Source: Salisapilia sapeloensis CBS 127946 (taxonomy: Eukaryota > Protista > Oomycota). From it: a stretch of DNA of 37,198 nucleotides. The first letter of the stretch is position 1. Each line of letters opens with the position of its first letter. Both the position numbers and the translations under genes were made by a program. Where the stretch lies: contig JAADVB010000190.1 of the NCBI GenBank assembly GCA_023334545.1, forward strand, positions 1 to 37,198, written 5' to 3'. The notes under the pieces are model-generated. The model searched no databases. It saw nothing but the letters and a program-made list of their open reading frames with translations, and was not told where the DNA came from. Below are positions 1-8,054 of the stretch, one piece after another.

Positions 1-417
1 AATGCGGTTACCATCGACGTCGGGGCTTGAGATGCGATCAAGCTACACCCAGACGGCCTTCAGTTCACGCCGCGCTCTGCGCGCCTTCCATGCGACACAA
101 CCGAGCGTCAACCCACTCGGTGCGATAGTTGGGTGGGTACAATAGAGAGAGGACGGAAGTGGTATCGTGAAGCTCCTGTGTTTCAGTCACTTGGATTTGA
201 CAAATGCTGCCAATATAGCGAACTGCTATCGGTACTGATGGCTTCAACCGAATGGCTATCCTTCCCGATTGTGCTCGCCCACCGTCGTTCTCAGAATCTG
301 AGCGAAGCTTCAACAAAGATCTACGAAAGCACATCCACACAGCATACATTTTTCAAGACAGCTGCCTATTGGCATTCGCTATCTCGTCTTTCACAAAGAA
401 GAATTTGAAATCTTAAG

Positions 418-1227
418 ATGGATTCGGTCGATGCGAAGACGCTTGCGATTGTCGCTGCCGGTACTGCGTTAGGTGCTGGAGCAACTTACTTCTCCCTCTC
501 TAAGAAACAGAATGTTAATGCCAACCCCACTGCGCTTCCTCAGACCGGTCTCCCTCGTCTCTACATCTACGACCACTGTCCGTTTTCGACGAAAGCTCGC
601 ATGATTTTCGGCTTCAAGGGAATCAAGCACGAACTCATCTTTATGGCCAGCGATGACTTTGCTACCCCAGAAGCTCTCATCGGGGCAAAGAAAGCTCCTA
701 TCTTACAGCTCCCCGACGGAACGATTATGCCTGAGAGTCTTGACATTGTAAAGTATGTGGACGCCAATTTGCCTGGTAAATTGCACACGAAAGCTTTCTT
801 GGCAAAGGGATCAGGAGATGCTCAGCTTGAAGCCTGGCTGAAGGAAGCAAATGATGCGTTTTACTACCTCGACCATCCTCGCATCGCTGTGGCCCCACTC
901 CCGGAATTCGCTTTAACCGATGGTCGAAACTACTTTAAGAACAAGACGGAGAAGACGTTAGGTATGAGCGTTGAGCGCGCTTTGGATAGTCTCACTGCTT
1001 CCTATGTCCCTGTGACCGAGGCACTGCTTGAACGCCTTGCAACTTTGCTCCATTCGACGAAGAGTGTGAATGAGAAGATGAGCTATGATGACCTGCATGT
1101 GTTCGCAGCTCTGCGTAAGATGACATTGGTGAAGAACCTGAAGTGGCCGCCCAAGGTCCGAGCGTACATGGATCACATGAGCAACGCAACCGACATCCCG
1201 CTCTTTGATGCTATGGCCAAGTACTAG
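418..1227 (+). CDS. grxB: Glutaredoxin 2 (GrxB family, GST fold), monothiol CPFS active site, N-terminal hydrophobic anchor
   Basis: Intronless 269-aa ORF. LYIYDHCPFSTKARMIFGFKGI...PILQLPDGTIMPESLDIVKYVD...DDLHVFAALRKMTLVKNLKWPPKVRAYMDHMS matches E. coli Grx2 (LYIYDHCPYCLKARMIFGLK...PESMDIVHYVD) as recalled. About 45 extra N-terminal residues include LAIVAAGTALGAGATYFSL followed by KK. Confidence 0.9.
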   Translation: MDSVDAKTLAIVAAGTALGAGATYFSLSKKQNVNANPTALPQTGLPRLYIYDHCPFSTKARMIFGFKGIKHELIFMASDDFATPEALIGAKKAPILQLPDGTIMPESLDIVKYVDANLPGKLHTKAFLAKGSGDAQLEAWLKEANDAFYYLDHPRIAVAPLPEFALTDGRNYFKNKTEKTLGMSVERALDSLTASYVPVTEALLERLATLLHSTKSVNEKMSYDDLHVFAALRKMTLVKNLKWPPKVRAYMDHMSNATDIPLFDAMAKY

Positions 1228-1467
1228 AGCTGGAGTTCGGTTATGGGTTTGGAAAAGAAAATATGATTTTACTCTTGCAAGGTTTCTTGATTTTTTACAC
1301 TCTTTAGACCAAGTTTTCATCTTCTAAATCTGCACGTATCGGATTCTCTGAAGATAGAACAGAAAGCATGGTCTTGTGGTCGTTCGCTTAAGATAGCATA
1401 CTGTTTTTCTTTTCTTTTGTGCCAGCGAATTGAGCTCCAAGTTCTAAAATCCACGTCATTCTTGAAG

Positions 1468-2394
1468 ATGAAAGTAGCGCAAGGCCTGGATAGAGTCTTT
1501 CCTCTCTGCTTTGTGTTACTATGGACTACTCTCATGTATCTTGGCATCATGGGAGCCTGGAGCAGCGACCCGCTTTTGACAATTCATATCGTGAGCATTT
1601 CGACGACCTTTGCTCTTTGTGTCCCGTGGTACGCGCACAGCACTGTGATTTCCTCTTAATCCATACCCCAGTAAAGTTGCTTTGAATTACTGACATGCAT
1701 GCGACCTATAAGCGCTGTGTACGTGATGCTTCTACGTCGTCGCCAACATAATGCCCTCAAACGGTATGATATGTGTAAATGTACCCATATGACCCGACCT
1801 TGTCACGTTGATTGTGTTCGATGGATAACGCAGGATGCGGTTCGTGCAGTACCATTTGGGTTGGCTCATAGCCAGCTTTGTCCTTCTCCTGATTGGTCTT
1901 GTCGCTGGGTATTACAACAAGACTCAAAGACAGGAAATTGTCATGAAGTCGCCATTCGAGTGGAGTCTCCTCGGAACGTCCTCGTTCTTTTTACTAAACT
2001 ATCTACAGGTACGTCCACATTGGCAGCCAGCTTCTGTATCATTATGATCTAACATTACAACACCGTTGGTGCAGGGCATCTTGCTGACTTTTGTGAAACC
2101 GAAAGAATGGAATTGGAGATGGAAAGATGAGACGCATGCCCTCGTTGGCTTCCTCACGCTCACAGGTGGAGGTACAATTTACCTGCGTACTCCAGGGCAA
2201 ACCAAATTTAATTCTGTAGTATAGGCTTATCCCTGTACTTGTCTCTTGACACGCCGATGTGGACGAATGGATTAGCTCTCACAAGCAACACAGCAGTACA
2301 GCTCTACCTCCGTCGGGGCGTACTACTGTCATATTCGCTTCTGCTCTTGCGTGCCTACGTCTCTTCAAGTACCGAAGGCATCAAGTCGTCCTGA
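1468..2394 (+). CDS. Cytochrome b561-family membrane protein, copy A (5 exons)
   Basis: Manual splicing: exons 1468-1628, 1713-1763, 1834-2008, 2075-2171, 2225-2394; GT-AG introns of 84, 70, 66 and 53 nt with CTRAC/CTAAC-like branch sites in some. The spliced product is in frame, multi-TM, and colinear with copy B (WRWKDETH vs WQWKDSSH; SYSLLLLRAYVSSS vs GYSLLFLKSFISSN). Confidence 0.75.
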
Positions 2395-2523
2395 CGTTGA
2401 ATCCATTGGCCTTAAGACGTCCTTGGAACGATAAAGAGTGAACGAAATGATTTACGTATCCATTTCTTTTCTTTCGGCCATCAGTCGACCTGATTCCACT
2501 TCAAACATCAGATCGACGGAACG

Positions 2524-3206
2524 ATGGTAAACCACCTCGACATCTTCGTCGTATCTCCCTTGCTTGTCATTCCATGTGGAACGATACTCCTGCACTGCTA
2601 CTGGAACCCATCCTTTTTCGCCATCCACCCCGCTGCCAATTCCATTGCCTTCCACCTATGCTTTCCCTTTGCTCTCTATGTCATGGCCGAGCGACGGAGC
2701 TCGAGTGACTCCGACATGCGACAGACGCTTGTGAAAACACACTTTGCTAGCCAGCTACTCGGCTTCTTCCTCATGCTAGTCGCTGGTGCATGTGCGTACA
2801 TGGCAAAAGACTCTAATGGTAAAGCACACTTCACCAGCACGCATTCATGGCTGGCGATTGCCACCGAAGTGCTCTTTACACTCCAGCTGCTTGCTGGTAT
2901 ACTCAAGACGTTCTTTGGAAAGTATGGCTGGCAGTGGAAGGATAGCAGCCACCGCATCGGAGGCACTCTCACTTTCTTCCTCTCCGGTATTTTTTAATCT
3001 TATCAGCATGCACCACTGTGCTCTAATCTGCTCTAGCCTTCACGATCATCTTTGGGACCTACTCTGGTGGCTGGGGCGTCAGCAACCTCGGCTCAGATGC
3101 ACAGCTATGGGTGGCAGCCTCCACCGCCGCCGGCTACAGCCTCCTCTTCCTCAAATCCTTTATCAGTAGCAACGGGATACCAGCACCTGCTATCAAGACA
3201 GACTAA
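2524..3206 (+). CDS. Cytochrome b561-family membrane protein, copy B (2 exons)
   Basis: Exons 2524-2986 and 3037-3206; 50-nt GT-AG intron with CTAAT branch site. Four heme-ligand His in b561 context: FAIHP, KTHFASQ, STHSWL, SHRIGG. Confidence 0.82.
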
Positions 3207-3248
3207 AATCAGAAGAAACAAATTTCTTTTTCATTGCATCGAAAGCTC

Positions 3249-3923
3249 TTATTCGACCGCGACAAAGTCGTCCGCTTTCAGTTCGCCGCTATCTTCAATC
3301 ACGACCTTCTCGGACGGACTGCCAGAGCGAGAGCCGACGGCTTCGACCTCACGGACAACGTCCATGCCCTGGATGACGCGACCGAAGACGACGTGACGGC
3401 CGTCCAGCCACGACGTCTTCACCGTGCAGATGAAGAACTGCGAGCCGTTCGTGTTGGCGCCAGCGTTCGCCATGCTCAAAGTTCCAGCGCCAAGATGCTT
3501 GAGCTGGAAGTTCTCGTCTTCAAACTTCTGACCGTAGATCGACTCGCCACCCATGCCATTGCCATGGGTAAAGTCTCCGCCCTGGATCATAAAGTTGGGG
3601 ATGATGCGATGGAAGGAGCTGCCCTTGTAAGAGAGCTCCTTTCCAGACGTGCCCGTTCCCTTCTCGCCAGTGCAAAGTGCACGGAAGTTTTCGACAGTCT
3701 TCGGAACGACATCTCCATACAGACTAGAATAGAACGAGAATTAGATGCTAATCATATAGACTCACAGTTACGTTTCCTACCCCATGACAACGCGCTGAGC
3801 GGGCTTTCCGCCGATGGAAATGTCAAAGTAGACTTGGTTCGTAATCTTCGGGTCCTCCTCCGACAGGACCGTCGGCAAGACGGCCATAAGCGCCAACAGC
3901 GCGACGTACACGAGCTTGTTCAT
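3249..3923 (-). CDS. Secretory-pathway cyclophilin (peptidyl-prolyl cis-trans isomerase, cyclophilin B-like), 2 exons
   Basis: Exons 3923-3781 and 3723-3249; 57-nt intron 3780-3724. Signal peptide [21 protein letters not shown]. Motifs [70 protein letters not shown]. Confidence 0.95.
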
Positions 3924-4093
3924 CTCCTCTCTTTTCGATCTTTTCCACGTGGAAGATCGTACAGTACAAATCTCACTTTATTACGTATATTCGAACTTGA
4001 ACTTCATAGTACAAAGGCAACTCTTTTTCTTGACCTTTTCTCTCTAGCATACCCCAAACAAAAGACAAACAAAAGAAAAAGTTCTTTGGGTAT

Positions 4094-5254
4094 CTATTCA
4101 TCCTCTTCCTCGTCGCTGCTCTCCTCAGGCGTCTCGAGCCACGTCAACCAGTTGCTCGTCTGGACAATCGCCTTCATCCGGCCAGGCACTTGGCTGTCCA
4201 CGTCGTACTTGTACTCGATGAATGCCGGTTCTTCCACAATGTCCTGCGTGTAAAGCGCCATGAAGCACTTCTCCAGTAGACCCTTCGGGAAGTCATGTCC
4301 ATGCAAGAACACCTGCAACGCATTCAGTGCTCGCACCTGTTCCACCTCGGCGTCTTCCAGCACCAGCTTCAAGAGCTCACCGTACGAAGACAGAGCGATC
4401 CAGTTGGCACTCTTCTGCGCAACGTCCTCAGCCTGCTTCGCGACTGCTTCCACAAGAACGTCACCGGCAGGCGTACGTCCTTCTTCCTCAAAGATGCTCT
4501 TAGCCTTCACAGAGAGCTCCTCCCCCTTGAGACCGGTGGCAAGCACCTTGGCCATAATCTCGCGGTCGGCAATGTCCTGCTTGGCCTTTTCCTCCTGTGC
4601 TCTCTTCTTGGCTTCTGCAGCCTCCCTCTTGGCTGCCTCCTTGGCCTCCTGTTCCTCTCGAGCCTTTTGCTTCTTCTCCTCCTTGGCCTTCTTTTTCTTG
4701 TCCATCGGCTTCTCCTGAACCTCCATCTTCTCCATCTTGGAGTTCAGCGATGCGTCGGCCTTGCGCACGTCGTCCGAAGGCTTCTCCAAGTCCGTGAAGC
4801 GGTTCGTCGGCGCTCCGCGAGGCGCTTGGGATCTACCACCAAAGGCACTGGCGAACTTGTCACCGCCAGAGCGTCCTTCCGACGGACCAGCAGAGTCCAC
4901 CGGCTGAGATCGGCGCTGGAGGTTGAGTCGCATGTGGGCCGGACGCTCTTCCGCAACAAACTCTTCGTTCCGGCCGCCGAAGCGAGACGGGCCGTTCGAG
5001 TCGCCACGAGGACCAGACCGCCAGCTGCCACCAGCAGGCTCACGGTCGCGGCCCATGGGGGCAGCAGGGCCTCGGTCGCCTCGCCACGAAGTAGACATTT
5101 CGCTTCGGAGCGGCTCGCGTTCCCTACGACCGCCTCGACCTTGGTCCTCCACCGGGGCGGCGCGAGGGCCGGACGGAAGCGTCTCTTCCGGGATGTAGGT
5201 GGCTCCCTGCGGGCCTAGGAACTCTCCGAGATTCATCTTCTTACCTTTCCCCAT
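4094..5254 (-). CDS. eIF4B-like N-terminal region fused to coiled coil and C-terminal W2 (eIF5/eIF2B-epsilon/eIF4G-type) domain
   Basis: KGKKMNLGEFLG, LPSGPRAA and RLNLQRRSQPVD resemble eIF4B linear motifs. C-terminal LLEKCFMALYTQDIVEEPAFIEY...NWLTWLETPEESSDEEEDE has the aromatic/acidic boxes of W2. No RRM is visible. Confidence 0.7.
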   Translation of the reverse strand: MGKGKKMNLGEFLGPQGATYIPEETLPSGPRAAPVEDQGRGGRREREPLRSEMSTSWRGDRGPAAPMGRDREPAGGSWRSGPRGDSNGPSRFGGRNEEFVAEERPAHMRLNLQRRSQPVDSAGPSEGRSGGDKFASAFGGRSQAPRGAPTNRFTDLEKPSDDVRKADASLNSKMEKMEVQEKPMDKKKKAKEEKKQKAREEQEAKEAAKREAAEAKKRAQEEKAKQDIADREIMAKVLATGLKGEELSVKAKSIFEEEGRTPAGDVLVEAVAKQAEDVAQKSANWIALSSYGELLKLVLEDAEVEQVRALNALQVFLHGHDFPKGLLEKCFMALYTQDIVEEPAFIEYKYDVDSQVPGRMKAIVQTSNWLTWLETPEESSDEEEDE

Positions 5255-5351
5255 CGTGCTCTACTCTACTTTCTCCTCTTCCTTAATCGACTTCTCTGGT
5301 CAAATTGAATGGAGCGAGGCAGGCGTTAGAGACCCCGATTATGAGACGGAC

Positions 5352-5698
5352 GGCGATTGGTGCAAGATGACTTTCAGTCGGTAGCATTAGTGGGATCATG
5401 TCCAAAGCGGTAGGCTTGAGGGAGCATTACAGCTACCTTTGGACGCATGGTTGTAGGATGGGTAGATCCGATCAAGGCGATCTTGAAAGCTTGCAGCACT
5501 AGGAGACCTCCACGTACGAAGTCTCATCAAACACCGAAACAGCCTGCAGACGAGTGATGAGAGTGGAATTGTAAATGGGCACACGACGGTGGCGATTGGT
5601 GCCTTGGACCGCGTCCCGTATTACTTCCACCTAACCATCGACTAAAGCAGTCCGATAGTGGGACGTTCTGATTTTTGCACATCCTCCCTCGAGCCAAT
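5352..5698. promoter_or_regulatory. CCAAT boxes in the divergent promoter between the eIF4B-like gene and the CocE-like gene
   Basis: Identical 12-mer GGCGATTGGTGC at 5352-5363 and 5591-5602 (reverse CCAAT core), plus GCCAAT with CCAAT at 5694-5698. Confidence 0.5.
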
Positions 5699-5793
5699 AA
5701 CTGTCCGGCGCATACAAACAAACAGTCACCTGGCCGATGACAAGCAAATCCGCACTTTAGCTTTCATTCGCATTTTCACTCCCTCGATCCATC

Positions 5794-8025
5794 ATGGCAG
5801 ACGGTGGTGGAACCAGCGGCCGCGCAAGCTTCCTCATGAAGAGTGCATTCTTCTCCATGATCAGTGTCACGCTCGTGACGCAAGCAGTCAACTACCTGAC
5901 AGACCGACAGACGCCCGTGCCGTGCAATGTCGGTGTCAATGACCACACGTGGCTTGAAAAGAGATACGATTCCCTCCGTTTCTTTGATCCGCGCAACACT
6001 GTGCACACGTCCGAGTACGTCCCAATGCGAGATGGCGTGGAACTCGCCGTCGACACGTACATTGCGCAGTACCTCGTCGACCATAACGAGCAAGCTCCGG
6101 TCATCCTGCATGTGACTCGCCACGGCCGAGGCTACGATATCGACTTTCCGTTCTCCATGGGTGCAACCTACAAGGACCCGCAGCCGTTCTCGAACCCTCG
6201 TATGGTTAAGTATATTGAAACGTTTATTTCTACCGGATACGTCTACATCACGGCCGAGGTACGTGGATCGGGTGTGTCTGGAGGGAAGAAAGAGATGGAG
6301 TTCGGTGATCAAGAAGTGCAAGACGGGTATGACCTCGTCGAGTGGATCACGCACCAGCCGTGGAGTCGCGGTAAAGTCGGCGTGATCGGCCACGGACTGG
6401 ACGGTGTCGGTGCGCTCTTGGTCGCTGGCAGTGGTCACAAGGCCATCAAAGCGCTCTCTCTCAACGGAGCTCCGTTCGATGTGTACCAGAGTGCTTTCTT
6501 CCCAGGTGGCGTCGCGAACAAAAAGTCTATCAACGACTTTGCCAGTTTCACACACGACACGGACCGTCAGATCCGTTGGCGAGAGATCCCGATGCTCAAG
6601 CCTCGAATCATGCTCGAGTACTTTGGTGGCACCGTCTACCCAGTCGACAAAAACGCGACCAAGCTAAACGAGCACGTTCGCCAGCACGTAGACAACATCG
6701 ATCTTCGTAAGGAACTACAGAACGTCCGATTCAAAGACGACGTCTTGTCCAACGGCCAGACGGTCGAGACAATGGACGCCACCAATATCCTATCTCAACT
6801 CGCTTCCTCCGATGTAGCAGTCTACCAGTTCGCAGGATACTACGACATGGCGTCCACACGCAGCGCCATCCTTCTGCACCAGTACCTGACCAATTCCCTC
6901 GATAGCGACGCGAGTCAAGTGCTTCCTGCCGTGCCAGAGGACTGGAACAAGAACGACAAGGCGCAGCACCACCGACTGACGATGGGACCTTGGAGCCATG
7001 CCGGTGTGGACAATGCCGATCCGTTCGCCGAGTCCAAGCAAAAGTGTTTCCGCCACTTGAACGAGATCAATCGTTTCTTTGACTACCACCTGTACGACAA
7101 CCGTAAACGCATCGCAGGTCTGGACAAGGAGCTCCCCATCCACTACTTTGAGCAAGTGCACCACAAGTGGAAGGAGACGGGCGTCTGGCCACCGTCGTAC
7201 CTATCTCCAGTCCGCTTCCCGCTCGGTCAGAGCAGCCGCCTTGAGTCTCCTTCCGATGAAGTGAACTCTGGAAGCGTCGAGCTGACGGTCTCGAGCAAGG
7301 GCACGTGCAAGTCGACGGCTGCCGAGTGTGTGCCGAACCCTGAGCCGAACTTTGTCACGCGATGGTCTGTCACCGACCACATCTTTGCCAACCGACCAGA
7401 GTACTACGCCGAACGCTCTGGTTACTCTCAGTTCTACCTTTCCTTCGACACGGAGGAAGTGTCAGACTTGATGGAGATCACGGGTGAAGCTCTACTACGT
7501 GTCTTCGTGTCTGTGGACCGACCTGTGCCTCAGAACATCAAGCTTCGAGCAGTCTTGGAGGATGTCGACTATCAGCCTCCATTCGAGAACGAGAAGAAAC
7601 GCGCTGGTGTCACGTACATCACCGAGGCTGTGCAGAGCTTAGAGCACACGCCCGTGGCTCCTGGCAGCGGCACCTACAGCTACAAGAAGGCAGACAGTCG
7701 ACAGATCCAGGGAGATGTCATGTACGACACGACGCTGCGGTTTGAAAACGTCGGTTATGTGCTTAAGCGCAAGCATCAGCTGCGTTTGAGCATCGGTGTC
7801 GCAAACGATCTAACAGACTTCCAGTCTGCATTTGACAATGACGAGACGTTCAAGCTGCGTATCCACTTGGGCGACGGCAAGCAGTCCAGCTACCTTCAAG
7901 TACCGATGCACGATGGTCTGTTCATGGAGAATATCGTTCCGGCTGAGGAAGAAGAGAAGGAGGAAGTGGTAGAGTCTCCAGAGCCAGCTCCAACGCAAGC
8001 TCCGGACGACAAAGACGAACTGTAA
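5794..8025 (+). CDS. CocE/NonD (peptidase S15) family alpha/beta hydrolase-like protein, ER-resident (C-terminal KDEL), probably catalytically inactive
   Basis: YVPMRDGVELAVDTY, GYVYITAEVRGSGVSGG, QDGYDLVEWITHQPWSRGKVGVIG, GYYD and LTMGPWSH are CocE-family motifs. The nucleophile elbow reads GHGLDG instead of GxSYxG. N-terminal hydrophobic segment; ends DKDEL. Confidence 0.85.
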   Translation: MADGGGTSGRASFLMKSAFFSMISVTLVTQAVNYLTDRQTPVPCNVGVNDHTWLEKRYDSLRFFDPRNTVHTSEYVPMRDGVELAVDTYIAQYLVDHNEQAPVILHVTRHGRGYDIDFPFSMGATYKDPQPFSNPRMVKYIETFISTGYVYITAEVRGSGVSGGKKEMEFGDQEVQDGYDLVEWITHQPWSRGKVGVIGHGLDGVGALLVAGSGHKAIKALSLNGAPFDVYQSAFFPGGVANKKSINDFASFTHDTDRQIRWREIPMLKPRIMLEYFGGTVYPVDKNATKLNEHVRQHVDNIDLRKELQNVRFKDDVLSNGQTVETMDATNILSQLASSDVAVYQFAGYYDMASTRSAILLHQYLTNSLDSDASQVLPAVPEDWNKNDKAQHHRLTMGPWSHAGVDNADPFAESKQKCFRHLNEINRFFDYHLYDNRKRIAGLDKELPIHYFEQVHHKWKETGVWPPSYLSPVRFPLGQSSRLESPSDEVNSGSVELTVSSKGTCKSTAAECVPNPEPNFVTRWSVTDHIFANRPEYYAERSGYSQFYLSFDTEEVSDLMEITGEALLRVFVSVDRPVPQNIKLRAVLEDVDYQPPFENEKKRAGVTYITEAVQSLEHTPVAPGSGTYSYKKADSRQIQGDVMYDTTLRFENVGYVLKRKHQLRLSIGVANDLTDFQSAFDNDETFKLRIHLGDGKQSSYLQVPMHDGLFMENIVPAEEEEKEEVVESPEPAPTQAPDDKDEL

Positions 8026-8054
8026 GGAGAAAAGAAAGAGTTTGCATTGCACGT

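Noticed and set aside
1-417. Short ORFs at the window start (including an open plus frame 2-145 and antisense AWKARRARRELK)
   Set aside because: Too short, with no family motif; cannot be distinguished from UTR/intergenic sequence or a truncated neighbour.
3234-4253. 339-aa plus-strand ORF
   Set aside because: Antisense shadow of the cyclophilin and eIF4B-like genes; no motifs; explained by codon bias on the opposite strand.
4295-5218. 307-aa Leu-rich plus-strand ORF resembling a membrane protein
   Set aside because: Antisense of the K/E-rich coiled coil (AAG/GAG read as CTT/CTC).
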